Shown one piece after another: positions 22,738-32,393 of a stretch of 64,000 bases of DNA. The notes below the pieces were generated by a model that did no database searches, was not told the DNA's origin, and worked only from the letters and a program-made list of their open reading frames with translations. Each line of letters starts with the position of its first letter. Positions within the stretch are counted from its first letter, which is position 1. The position numbers and the translations under genes were made by a program. The DNA is from Gammaproteobacteria bacterium (GTDB lineage Bacteria; Pseudomonadota; Gammaproteobacteria; UBA4575): NCBI GenBank assembly GCA_965243395.1, contig CBDEUS010000002.1, positions 1,152,001 to 1,216,000 on the forward strand, read 5' to 3'.

Positions 22738-23865
22738 ATGAGAATACTTGTAGTCGGCGGAGGAATGGGTGGAACCATCCTCGCCAATAATTTAGCAAGA
22801 AGATTAAGTGGTGAATTAAAGTCTGGTAAAGCCAGTATCACCATGTTGTCAGCATCTGAAAAACATATGTACCAACCTGGATTGTTATATGTAGCAGTTG
22901 GCAAAATGACTCCCGATGAATTGTATCGAGACCAAGTAAGTTTGCTTGAGTCAAGCATAACATTCCGTGTTGATCCGGTTACAAAGTTTAATCTTAAAGA
23001 AAATAATGTAGTAACTGAGAGTGGAAAACAGTATGACTACGATATTATCGTGATTTCTACTGGTTCGCGGACCTTCGCGGAAGGCACACCTGGTTTAGCT
23101 GAAAATGCTTTGCAATTTTATACTGAAGCTGATGCCGTCAATATGTATAAAAGCTTACAAAAGTTTGAAGGCGGAAAAGTTGTTGTTGCCGTGGGCGTTC
23201 CTCACAAATGTCCTATGGCGCCTCTTGAAATCACCTTTATGCTAGCCGATTACTTTAGAGAGCGTGGAATTTGGGACAAAGTACAAATGCATTACACCTA
23301 TCCGATTGGACGCGTGCATAGCTTGGAACCTGTAGCGCAATGGGCACAACCTGAGTTTGACCGTTTAGGCATAACTTATGAAACTTTATTCAATATGAAA
23401 GAGGTCACTGAAAATAAAGTTATCAGCGAGGAGGGTACAGAGGCTGAATATGATTTATTGGTGACTGTTCCTTCACACAAAGGTATGCAAGTTATCGAAG
23501 ATAGTGATTTAGGTGCCGGTGGATTTATTCCAACTGATCGTGCTCGTCTTAATATTGAGGGCTATGAAAATGCATTTGTAATTGGTGATACGACAAACTT
23601 ACCAATTAGTAAGGCAGGATCTACTGCCCACTTCGAGGCAGAAGCGTTGGCTGAAAATATTGCATCTACTATCAAGATTGGTACACCTGTTCGTGACTAT
23701 GATGGCAAAGTGTTTTGTTTTATTGAAGCAGGTGAAGGGAAAGCTACTTATGCCATGTTCAATTACCAGAACCCACCCAATCCAAAAGCACCCACAAAAG
23801 GTATACATTGGTTTAAGACAGCATATAACAAAATGTATTGGGCCAGTGCCCGTGGTCTTCTTTAA
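22738..23865 (+). CDS. sqr: sulfide:quinone oxidoreductase-like flavoprotein (short, type III-like)
   Basis: GGGMGG FAD fold, YQPG, HKCPMAPLE, IGD, SKAGSTAH and YDGKVFCF (second catalytic Cys). Confidence 0.82.
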   Translation: MRILVVGGGMGGTILANNLARRLSGELKSGKASITMLSASEKHMYQPGLLYVAVGKMTPDELYRDQVSLLESSITFRVDPVTKFNLKENNVVTESGKQYDYDIIVISTGSRTFAEGTPGLAENALQFYTEADAVNMYKSLQKFEGGKVVVAVGVPHKCPMAPLEITFMLADYFRERGIWDKVQMHYTYPIGRVHSLEPVAQWAQPEFDRLGITYETLFNMKEVTENKVISEEGTEAEYDLLVTVPSHKGMQVIEDSDLGAGGFIPTDRARLNIEGYENAFVIGDTTNLPISKAGSTAHFEAEALAENIASTIKIGTPVRDYDGKVFCFIEAGEGKATYAMFNYQNPPNPKAPTKGIHWFKTAYNKMYWASARGLL

Positions 23866-23879
23866 GAGGGGGTATGGTT

Positions 23880-24413
23880 ATGAGCGAACTTCAATCAATG
23901 CAAACTGAAGCAGAACGTATTTTTGAAAGTGCGGCAGATGCACTTTCAGATGATATCGTTAGCAGACTGGGTTCTACGATGGGCGATGGTTTAATGCTTT
24001 TAGACCAAGTAAGTCGTAGTAATTTAGATAAAGCAATTCCATTGATTAATCATCTTGTTGAGACGGGTGACTTGGAGCGTGCAGTCAATCTTTTACGTGT
24101 GCTAGGTTCAGCAGGTGATGCATTAAGTGATGATATTGTTGCGCGAATGGGTGAAATGGCTAACTCATTGTTAATTATTGCGGACCGTATTTCGCGAAAT
24201 GAAAATATCCATAAACTTTTGGACTTGCTAGAACGTGATTACATGGTCGACATGCTTACAAGCCTATGTGAGGCTGCGGCAAATGCTAAGGCGAGTCATG
24301 ATGTTGATGCCAAAGGTGGCATTATGGGTTTAATTCACACGATGAAAGATCCAGAGGTGCAGCAAGCACTTAAATTTATGTCTAAATTCAGTGCAGGCTT
24401 TAAGAATACCTAG
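23880..24413 (+). CDS. DUF1641 domain protein (SQR-associated)
   Basis: C-terminal GGIMGLIHTMKDPEVQQAL motif and internal repeat DALSDDIV (two copies). RBS GAGGGGG favours ATG 23880. Confidence 0.8.
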   Translation: MSELQSMQTEAERIFESAADALSDDIVSRLGSTMGDGLMLLDQVSRSNLDKAIPLINHLVETGDLERAVNLLRVLGSAGDALSDDIVARMGEMANSLLIIADRISRNENIHKLLDLLERDYMVDMLTSLCEAAANAKASHDVDAKGGIMGLIHTMKDPEVQQALKFMSKFSAGFKNT

Positions 24414-24433
24414 TATTTATAAAATTAAACTTT

Positions 24434-24474
24434 AAAAGCTCTCTTGATCGAGAAATATTAAGAGGGCTTTTTTT
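24434..24474. terminator. bidirectional rho-independent terminator
   Basis: AAAAGCTCTCTTGAT...ATTAAGAGGGCTTTTTTT between convergent operons. Confidence 0.75.
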
Positions 24475-25141
24475 ATGGACAAAAGCTTCTATTCGAATTA
24501 TTGATATACGAAATTTTTTGATTTTGACTTAAACGGTAGAATCTGCGTAATTCATTTGGAATGGATTCGGAGTTGGATTGATATGCTTCCATTAAATTTA
24601 AACAATACTGTGAAGCATATGCATTTGCTTTTTGATAGCGTTGCAATGATTGATTTTCGAGATTGGATTCAAACTTTGGATCGGAAAATAGTAGTTCCCA
24701 TATTTCATTCATGCTCGGTATGTCTTGTTTACTATTCAAAGCCGTTAATGCGCTAACAAATTTGTCTACTTCTGCTTGTAGCTCAAGTTCTAACTGAGAG
24801 ACAGGACGATCATGACTTGCATTCCATGCTACATATAAAAAATGACTCACACCTTCCAGGGCAATCCAAAAATCATGCAATAATTTTTTATTTGTATGTG
24901 GTGTAGGATATTGATTACCCAGACTCTTAACTAATTTGTCATCTAAATAAAGTGAGACATCTAAATATTCATCATTTGTTGCGATGAGTAGCTGTTCCCG
25001 CACATTTTTTTCTATTTTCCTATCAGAAATTATTTCTGCAAATTCTCTATCGGTAATAACATAATCAAGAACATTTTCAGAAACAGAAACCTCATAAATT
25101 TCTTGAAGTTTGGTCTGGATATCTGCAAGCAGTGCCGACAT
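24473..25141 (-). CDS. hypothetical protein with LEGVSHF / ELELQAEVDKF motifs (possible zincin-like fold)
   Basis: 222-aa ORF, 6 bp downstream of the 25148-25741 gene; no family recognised. Confidence 0.75.
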   Translation of the reverse strand: MSALLADIQTKLQEIYEVSVSENVLDYVITDREFAEIISDRKIEKNVREQLLIATNDEYLDVSLYLDDKLVKSLGNQYPTPHTNKKLLHDFWIALEGVSHFLYVAWNASHDRPVSQLELELQAEVDKFVSALTALNSKQDIPSMNEIWELLFSDPKFESNLENQSLQRYQKANAYASQYCLNLMEAYQSNSESIPNELRRFYRLSQNQKISYINNSNRSFCP

Positions 25142-25147
25142 AAGAGG

Positions 25148-25741
25148 TTATTGTAGGCTTATAGGTTGGTCTATAGGCAAGATGTGATTATCAATAAGTA
25201 TTCTTTTTGCCTTTTTGCTTTGTGTTCGCAACCAGACGTCGTATACATGCAGTAAATTTTCGTCTGACTGATTTTTATTTAAATCAGACAAAATGTCGGC
25301 GAAATCAACAAATTTATTTGACAATTCAGTGAACACGTTTTTCTTGGATGTCACATATAAATGTGTGCCGTAAGATTCGGAGAGATAACCGTATGCAGTG
25401 CCACCCATCGCAACATAGTAATCAACACTTACTGCTTTTTTGTTTAAGCTTCTGGAGAATAACCCGCAAATGAATAAAGCAATGTCACCTAAACGCTGCA
25501 AGGCAATGTCACGTTCGTGGTTTGATTTAGAATTTACAGCATCTGAATAATACAGTGCTAATGGTTTGTGGGCTGCACGTCCTTGGTCTTGATCAATGAA
25601 TGTTTCGGAGCGTGAAAATGTGACTAATAAATTTGTCAAGTACGAAATAGTATCGTCTTGAGCTTGTATATTTTGTTTGTGTAAAGACTTTAATAAAAAA
25701 CTATGAAAGTAATTTCGTAGACTTTCCTGTTTTACGAGCAT
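25148..25741 (-). CDS. hypothetical helical protein (RLGDxALFxxG...DYYxxMGxxAY)
   Basis: 197-aa ORF, first gene of a two-gene operon downstream of a CIRCE element. Confidence 0.75.
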   Translation of the reverse strand: MLVKQESLRNYFHSFLLKSLHKQNIQAQDDTISYLTNLLVTFSRSETFIDQDQGRAAHKPLALYYSDAVNSKSNHERDIALQRLGDIALFICGLFSRSLNKKAVSVDYYVAMGGTAYGYLSESYGTHLYVTSKKNVFTELSNKFVDFADILSDLNKNQSDENLLHVYDVWLRTQSKKAKRILIDNHILPIDQPISLQ

Positions 25742-25882
25742 GTTAGCAATCCATTATTTAAGTCATCATCTTATTTTCCTAATTGGTGTGTTAAATATCA
25801 AATTAAAATTTGACTAGAGGTATAGCCATTTATCAGCTTGTTAATACCGTAAAATTTTATTAATTATAAAAGTATATTTTTT

Positions 25883-25909
25883 TAAGCACTCTACAGATTA
25901 GAGTGCTAA
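25883..25909 (-). promoter_or_regulatory. CIRCE element (HrcA operator)
   Basis: Minus strand reads TTAGCACTC-TAATCTGTA-GAGTGCTTA, matching 17/18 positions of TTAGCACTC-N9-GAGTGCTAA with an exact 9-nt spacer. A minus-strand TATAAT lies at 25926-25931. Confidence 0.88.
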
Positions 25910-25971
25910 ATTTTATGGATTGGAAATTATATAAAATAGTGAGATTAATAAGAGAAGGACACGTAAAAATA

Positions 25972-27648
25972 TTATTGTTTAATGTTGGCAGATTCAATTT
26001 TTGCCCATGTATCTCGCAGAGTTGCGATCCTATTGAAAACAAGTTTGCTGTCGCTGGTAAATTTATTGTCTAAACAGAAATATCCTTGGCGTTCAAATTG
26101 TATCCGATCTTGTAACGCAATATTTTTTGCATGCGGTTCAATCTTTGAGTCATTGTAAATAATTAATGAATTTTTATTTAATGTAGATGCAAAATCTTCA
26201 GCTGCTGCTGGATTTGGTACATTAAATAGTCGGTCATACAAGCGTGTTTCGGCTGAAAGTGCATGTTTAGCAGAAACCCAATGAATTATTCCTTTTAGCT
26301 TCTTTTTATTTTTCCCAGCGCTCTCTGGGTCATATTCACAACGTAGCTCAACAATATCACCTGCCTCATTTTTAATTACTTCATTACATTTAATGTCATA
26401 TGCATTACGTAAACGAACTTCTTTGCCAGGGCTCAGGCGGAAAAACTTGTTAGGTGGATTTTCCATAAAGTCTTCATGCTCAATATAAATAGTTTTTGAA
26501 AATGGAATATTTCGTTTTCCTTGCTCAGGATTTTTGGGGTGATTATTGGCAGAAAATTCTTCTTCTTGATCTTCCGGATAATTTTCTATCACAATTTTTA
26601 AAGGATTAATTACACACATGATACGATTTGCACGTGGATCGAGGTCTTCGCGTATGCAATTTTCTAATACACTCATTTCAATAAAAGCATCTTTTTTGGT
26701 GATTCCGATGCGTTCACAAAAATCTCGAATGGAGTCAGGTGTGATACCACGCCGCCGCATGCCGGAAATGGTGGGCATACGTGGGTCGTCCCATCCATCA
26801 ACATAGTTTTCAGAAACCAATAAATTTAGTTTTCGTTTGCTACTTATGGTGTATTCAACAGACAATCGCGCAAACTCTATTTGCTGTGGGTGACAAGGTG
26901 TGTCGAGTTGATCTAATACCCAATCATAAAGCGGACGATGATCTTCAAATTCTAAGGTACATAAAGAGTGCGTAATATTTTCTAAAGCATCTGATATGCA
27001 ATGAGTGTAATCATACATTGGATAAATGCACCATTTATCTTCTGTTCTGGGGTGTGATGCATATTTAATTCGATACAACACCGGATCACGCATATTAATA
27101 TTTGCTGAAGCCATATCAATTTTTGCTCGTAACACATGTTCACCCTCTTTAAATTCGCCGTTACGCATACGTGTGAATAAATCTAAATTTTCTTCGACAC
27201 TACGCGATCGGTAGGGGCTCTCGATGCCGGGTTCAGTGAGTGTTCCGCGTTGTTTACGAATTTCTTCTGCATCTAAACTGCAAACATAGGCTTTACCTGC
27301 ATTGATCAATTCAATTGCATACTCGTATAGCTTCTCAAAATAATCGGAGGCATATCTAAGCTCAGACCAATCAAATCCTAACCATTGAACGTCTTCCTTA
27401 ATCGCATCGATATACTCTTGGCTTTCTTTTTCTGGATTTGTGTCATCAAAGCGTAAATTGCAGCGACCTTTGTAATCCTGAGCAATGCCAAAATTTAAGC
27501 AGATCGACTTTGCATGACCAATGTGAAGATAACCGTTAGGCTCTGGTGGAAATCGAGTGATTACTTTTCCATCATTTTTACCATCTGCAATGTCTTGATC
27601 GATGATATTGCGAATAAAGTTAGAGGGCTGTTCGGGGGAATTGCTCAT
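25972..27648 (-). CDS. glnS: glutamine--tRNA ligase
   Basis: [29 protein letters not shown] and QFERQGYF. Confidence 0.98.
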   Translation of the reverse strand: MSNSPEQPSNFIRNIIDQDIADGKNDGKVITRFPPEPNGYLHIGHAKSICLNFGIAQDYKGRCNLRFDDTNPEKESQEYIDAIKEDVQWLGFDWSELRYASDYFEKLYEYAIELINAGKAYVCSLDAEEIRKQRGTLTEPGIESPYRSRSVEENLDLFTRMRNGEFKEGEHVLRAKIDMASANINMRDPVLYRIKYASHPRTEDKWCIYPMYDYTHCISDALENITHSLCTLEFEDHRPLYDWVLDQLDTPCHPQQIEFARLSVEYTISSKRKLNLLVSENYVDGWDDPRMPTISGMRRRGITPDSIRDFCERIGITKKDAFIEMSVLENCIREDLDPRANRIMCVINPLKIVIENYPEDQEEEFSANNHPKNPEQGKRNIPFSKTIYIEHEDFMENPPNKFFRLSPGKEVRLRNAYDIKCNEVIKNEAGDIVELRCEYDPESAGKNKKKLKGIIHWVSAKHALSAETRLYDRLFNVPNPAAAEDFASTLNKNSLIIYNDSKIEPHAKNIALQDRIQFERQGYFCLDNKFTSDSKLVFNRIATLRDTWAKIESANIKQ

Positions 27649-27725
27649 GGATAATTTAATTAAGATGTATATGAGTAATGTATTATATATTTTATAAATA
27701 AAACAGCCTTAATAAAGAAAATTAC

Positions 27726-28265
27726 ATGAGTCCACAAATTAAGAAAATATTAATTATCGGCGTACCAATTTTATTGCGAAAATTATTTCGCGGTAAAAAA
27801 ATATTTCAAAATATTGGATTGATGCTGTTGGTATTGATAGCTGTAAGCTGGCTTATTATTCAATATCCTTTCATTGTATCCGATACTAATGAGTCTAGAG
27901 AATCATCTTCAAATCAATCTGAAATATTATCAAGTGAACAGTCAAATATTAGCTCTTTATATGATGCGCAAATTTCCGGCGTTATGGTATCAACGAGAGG
28001 TAATGTTATACGAATTTTACAGGACGATAATGATGGAAGTCGCCATCAACGATTCTTAATTAGAATACCAGATGGCTTGACTTTGTTAATAGCACACAAT
28101 ATTGATCTTGCACCAAGAGTGCCTATAGAGTTGCATGATCAAGTTTCAATTTATGGTCAATATGAATGGAATGAAAAGGGTGGAGTTTTACATTGGACAC
28201 ATCATGACCCTGACAAAAACCATCCAGAGGGATGGATCATGCATGAGGGAGTAAAATATGATTAA
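27726..28265 (+). CDS. DUF3465 domain protein
   Basis: DDNDGSRHQRF, LIAHNIDLAPR and GGVLHWTHHDP motifs, with an N-terminal TM segment. Confidence 0.85.
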   Translation: MSPQIKKILIIGVPILLRKLFRGKKIFQNIGLMLLVLIAVSWLIIQYPFIVSDTNESRESSSNQSEILSSEQSNISSLYDAQISGVMVSTRGNVIRILQDDNDGSRHQRFLIRIPDGLTLLIAHNIDLAPRVPIELHDQVSIYGQYEWNEKGGVLHWTHHDPDKNHPEGWIMHEGVKYD

Positions 28266-28903
28266 GATGAAGTACCAGCTTTTGCAGAATAATTTTTATA
28301 TCGCTTCAATACTTTTTTTACGTAACCTTTAGTTTCTGCATAGGGTGGAATACCGCCATATCTTTCAACAGCATGTGGACCGGCATTGTACGCTGCTAGT
28401 GCAAGTTCAACATTGTTATTAAAACGAGCTAACATTTGGCTAAAATAATTAATACCACCACGAATATTTGCATTTGCATTAAATGAGTCTTTTACTCCTA
28501 ATTCTTTCGCTGTTGCTGGCATCAGTTGCATCAAGCCTCTGGCACCAACCGAGGAAACTGCTTTGCGATCAAAACAAGATTCTATGGCGATTATTGCTTT
28601 GACCAGATTTGGGTCTACTTCGTATGCGATAGAATAAGCCTCTATAGCGTCCAGATACGTGCTCGCACGTTTATCCATTTTTGCAGGAGTCATATTTCGA
28701 CAAGACACTACTGCGGTGGGACGTCCGATGGTTGCCATCAAAGTATATTTTTCCTGAGGCATCTTACGATCAGTAATCCAGCTAGTACCGTCATTTTCTT
28801 TGTATACATAAAACTCAGCTTGTAACTGCATGGGTAATACAATTAAAAAAATGCCTATCAAAATACTGTGTATAGAGACTAAGCTGTAAATTTTGTAGAT
28901 CAT
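28262..28903 (-). CDS. lytic transglycosylase (SLT domain)
   Basis: AIIAIES, GARGLMQLMPATA, ALAAYNAG and ETKGYVKKV. Confidence 0.93.
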   Translation of the reverse strand: MIYKIYSLVSIHSILIGIFLIVLPMQLQAEFYVYKENDGTSWITDRKMPQEKYTLMATIGRPTAVVSCRNMTPAKMDKRASTYLDAIEAYSIAYEVDPNLVKAIIAIESCFDRKAVSSVGARGLMQLMPATAKELGVKDSFNANANIRGGINYFSQMLARFNNNVELALAAYNAGPHAVERYGGIPPYAETKGYVKKVLKRYKNYSAKAGTSS

Positions 28904-29051
28904 GTCAAAGAAGGTGAGAAGTTAAGGTATGATTGTATCTAAATAAGAGTCCTATAAATTTCCATTCTATGCACTGAATATTACCACTTATCTCATGCGT
29001 TACTAGTTGGAATATGTCAATTTCGAAATAAACCTAAATAGTATTTTATTG

Positions 29052-29897
29052 ATGCCCACTACTTTGGAACAACCAATTGCTCACGAACTTATGCTTGCTC
29101 CTCTGAGTGAGAAAAGTATTCAGCGCCACTTGAACGAGCTGAGTGAGAATACTATAGGAAAAATTCAAATATTTTCCAGTCTAGACTCTACAAATAATTA
29201 CTTAATAGAGAATGAAATTCATACAGAACAGGTTTCTGTATGTCTTGCAGAGCAGCAAACCCAAGGCCGGGGTCGCTATGGGCATCAGTGGGTTTCACCT
29301 TCTGGAGTTAATTTATATTTATCAATGTTATGGCCTGTCAAAGATGCTCAACAACAATTTGATGTACTAAGTCTCTGGTTTTTATTATCTATAGCTGAAC
29401 TGTTAGAGGAGTTTCAAATTAAGAATATAGAGCTTAAATGGCCTAATGATATTTGTGTAAAGAATAAAAAATTAGCAGGTGTGCTAATCGAGCGAAAAGT
29501 TGGACATAATAAGCAACACTTGGTAGTTGGGATTGGATTAAATGTTGCGATGTCTAAAATTGATAATGTAGAAATTGATACTCCTTGGATTGATTTATTA
29601 TTAGCAAGACCTGATTGGCAAGCATCACGAAATGAATTAGCAGCAAAAGTAATTAATGCATTCTGTTTAGTACTAACAAATTTTGAACAAAATCGGCTGG
29701 CTAACTTGGCAAGTTTATGGAGTTCCTATGATATGTTAATAGATAAGGAAGTTAGGTTTATTTTGGCAGGTGAAGCAGAAAAAGGGAAAGTGTTAGGGAT
29801 TGATGACTCGGGTAAAATTGTCCTAGAAATTAATGACAAAATTGAGCATTTACATAGCTCACAAATAAGTAATATAAAAATTATTAACCTTAGCTGA
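29052..29897 (+). CDS. birA: biotin--[acetyl-CoA-carboxylase] ligase lacking the N-terminal HTH
   Basis: DSTN, AEQQTQGRGR, LKWPND, KKLAGVL and GIGLN. ATG 29052 preferred over TTG 29007. Confidence 0.93.
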   Translation: MPTTLEQPIAHELMLAPLSEKSIQRHLNELSENTIGKIQIFSSLDSTNNYLIENEIHTEQVSVCLAEQQTQGRGRYGHQWVSPSGVNLYLSMLWPVKDAQQQFDVLSLWFLLSIAELLEEFQIKNIELKWPNDICVKNKKLAGVLIERKVGHNKQHLVVGIGLNVAMSKIDNVEIDTPWIDLLLARPDWQASRNELAAKVINAFCLVLTNFEQNRLANLASLWSSYDMLIDKEVRFILAGEAEKGKVLGIDDSGKIVLEINDKIEHLHSSQISNIKIINLS

Positions 29898-30634
29898 TGA
29901 AGTTATTACTCGATTTAGGCAACAGTCGTTGCAAGTATGCTTTGCTACATGAAGGGGATAAAATTGAATATGGAGCACAAGATTATGGTCCATTTGGTAA
30001 GCTTTATACCGTTAAATCTTTATGCGATAAGGATAATATAAAAAAAGTTATTATCTGCTCCGTGCTTAGCGAAAAAATGAATTCTGAAATAATTGATGTG
30101 CTTGTAAATAAAGATGGGCATGATGTTTACAGCTTATCTGCAGAAAAAAATAGTTTCGGTGTACAACTTGCGTATGAAAATCCAATCACAATGGGAGCGG
30201 ATCGCGTATCAGCGTTAATCGCTGCAAAAAATAAATATCCAGGTAATGTTTGTGTGGTGGATTGTGGCACTGCTATTACTATTGATGCATTAGATGGTGA
30301 TGGTGTTCATAAAGGTGGGGTTATTTTTCCAAGTGCAAAAGTTATGCAAAAAGATTTGCTAAATAGTACTAATATTGAATCTGATAATGATGATGTAAAA
30401 TTCAATATATTTGCAGATACAACAGGACAGGCAATATATGCCGGTTGTATGAGTGCAACTGGAGGCGGCATTGAATTTACCGTTAATAAGATGATCGAGC
30501 AAAATGAAAAATTTGATCAAATTATATTTACAGGCGGGGGTGCTGAGCAAATGGAACATTTCGTAAATTTGCAAGTAGAGATTGATTCCACACTTGTTCT
30601 TGATGGTTTAAGAGTTGTAGCAAAAAATATTTAA
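29897..30634 (+). CDS. coaX: type III pantothenate kinase
   Basis: LLDLGNSRCK, MGADR, VVDCGTAITID and FTGG; coupled to birA. Confidence 0.93.
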   Translation: MKLLLDLGNSRCKYALLHEGDKIEYGAQDYGPFGKLYTVKSLCDKDNIKKVIICSVLSEKMNSEIIDVLVNKDGHDVYSLSAEKNSFGVQLAYENPITMGADRVSALIAAKNKYPGNVCVVDCGTAITIDALDGDGVHKGGVIFPSAKVMQKDLLNSTNIESDNDDVKFNIFADTTGQAIYAGCMSATGGGIEFTVNKMIEQNEKFDQIIFTGGGAEQMEHFVNLQVEIDSTLVLDGLRVVAKNI

Positions 30635-30652
30635 TTAAAATTAACATTTAAA

Positions 30653-31363
30653 ATGCGTTCACTATTTCTTTTGTTGCTTGTTGTAAATATTAGTTACTTG
30701 GTCTGGGGAGTTGCATTTTCAGAAAAAACAGATACTCCGGCTGTTATTGCTTTGCCAGTTGGGGTTCAAAAATTGACTCTATTAAGCGAGACAGATGATG
30801 TTGAGCTGCCAACAGTAAAACAACCTGAAACAAAACCTAACCCTAGTAAAGAAAATGCAACCGAGGAAAGTTTACCTTCAAGAAGTTGTTATTCGTTGGG
30901 TCCAATTCTAGATGACGATAAATTGAAAAAACTAGAAGAAAAATTAAAACAAAATGGTATCGAAACTAAAATTAAATCGATTACCGACAAAGAACCGAAA
31001 TCATATTGGGTATATTTTCCACCAGAAAAATCATTAGATGATGCAAAGGCGGTTGTTAATCAACTGCGAATTGCAGAGGTTGATGATTATTTTATCGTTC
31101 GTAAGGGCGAGCATACTCATGCAATATCAATGGGGCTTTATAATAGTTATAGCCGAGCAAAATACAGGTTACGTAAATTAAAAAAACTCGGTTTTAATGC
31201 TAAAGTAGAAACTCGTTATCACGATGTAACTCGCTACTGGTTTGATTTTCAGGAGATGAGCACGAATCCGCTTGAAGATAGTGAGTGGAATAAACTTGAT
31301 GAGGATAGTTCGCTACAGAAAATTGTCAGACCATGCGTCGATCCTTTACCAGGCAAGAGTTGA
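30653..31363 (+). CDS. SPOR domain-containing protein
   Basis: Signal anchor, CYSLGP, YWVY and ISMGLY; typical birA-coaX-SPOR context. Confidence 0.8.
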   Translation: MRSLFLLLLVVNISYLVWGVAFSEKTDTPAVIALPVGVQKLTLLSETDDVELPTVKQPETKPNPSKENATEESLPSRSCYSLGPILDDDKLKKLEEKLKQNGIETKIKSITDKEPKSYWVYFPPEKSLDDAKAVVNQLRIAEVDDYFIVRKGEHTHAISMGLYNSYSRAKYRLRKLKKLGFNAKVETRYHDVTRYWFDFQEMSTNPLEDSEWNKLDEDSSLQKIVRPCVDPLPGKS

Positions 31364-31378
31364 AGCAATAAATTGGAA

Positions 31379-31454
31379 TGGAGCCACCTGTCAGATTCGA
31401 ACTGACGACCTACTGATTACAAATCAGTTGCTCTACCAACTGAGCTAAGGTGGC
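31379..31454 (-). tRNA. tRNA-Thr(TGT)
   Basis: Reverse complement is GCCACCTTAGCTCAGTTGGTAGAGCAACTGATTTGTAATCAGTAGGTCGTCAGTTCGAATCTGACAGGTGGCTCCA. Confidence 0.97.
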
Positions 31455-31609
31455 TAGATTTAAAAAGGAGTGAATATTGCCTTTGCAACGCTTACAAATC
31501 AAGACTTGTTACAACAACCGCGACTTATAAACTTAACACTGTTAGTTTACTTAATACTCCTCATTGGATGCTACCATTTAGGTGACAAATTCTCACTTTC
31601 AGGTAATTC

Positions 31610-32362
31610 ATGGATAAAAAGATACTACAACGAATAAATATTTTTCTTTCAGCAGCATTGTTTTGTTTGCTTGTTGCGTGTGCAAACAAAAATGTTACTG
31701 ATGAAAACTCACGGGATACTATTGCTAAAGGGCCATTAGATGGTATCTGGACGGGGGAGTTCGATATTCGAGGGAGAGGGCCATATGATTTCACGGTAAT
31801 ACACCTAAATGACAAGGCATTTGCTTATAGTTTAAAAGCTAAGGCCATGTGTTTAGGCACATTAAAATTTGATGGTGAAAACACTTTTCATGAGTATGTG
31901 TTGTTTGCTTTAGATGGAGGGCCATTCGATTGGGCAAATGTTACAGGAACGCTTAAAAATAACGAAAAAGGTCAAAAGTTATTAGCTTCACACTTCAAAA
32001 CCTTAAATGGAGGTGATACAGGGGCATTGAATATTATTTACAATGAAATCTATGATCAATCTTCATCATTAGAAGCGGCTCAAGGAGAATGGATGTATAC
32101 AGATCGAGACGAATTGACGACAAATATTTCAATTGATGAAAAAGGGACAATCGTAGGAGATGACTCTGACGGCTGTGCGTATATTGGTTACGTTGATATC
32201 ATTAATCCTAATTACAATGTATATAAAATTAACATTGAAATAAAAGAGTGTGGTTCAACAAATGGGGTCTATGAAGGCGTTTCATTTTTTGCAGATGATG
32301 TATTTAAACTACAGATTGCTAATCCGCAATACGCCTTATATTACGCTTTTGAGCGCAAGTAG
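31610..32362 (+). CDS. hypothetical lipoprotein, beta-rich with an apparent two-domain repeat
   Basis: Lipobox LVAC; GIWTG and GEWMY may start two beta domains. Confidence 0.7.
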   Translation: MDKKILQRINIFLSAALFCLLVACANKNVTDENSRDTIAKGPLDGIWTGEFDIRGRGPYDFTVIHLNDKAFAYSLKAKAMCLGTLKFDGENTFHEYVLFALDGGPFDWANVTGTLKNNEKGQKLLASHFKTLNGGDTGALNIIYNEIYDQSSSLEAAQGEWMYTDRDELTTNISIDEKGTIVGDDSDGCAYIGYVDIINPNYNVYKINIEIKECGSTNGVYEGVSFFADDVFKLQIANPQYALYYAFERK

Positions 32363-32393
32363 TTTTTAATATAAATAAATAATATTGTCAGCG

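Noticed and set aside
22010-23865. Selenocysteine recoding in DsrE/TusA/SQR, prompted by the nearby mnmH
   Set aside because: The catalytic positions are Cys codons in uninterrupted ORFs, with no in-frame TGA.
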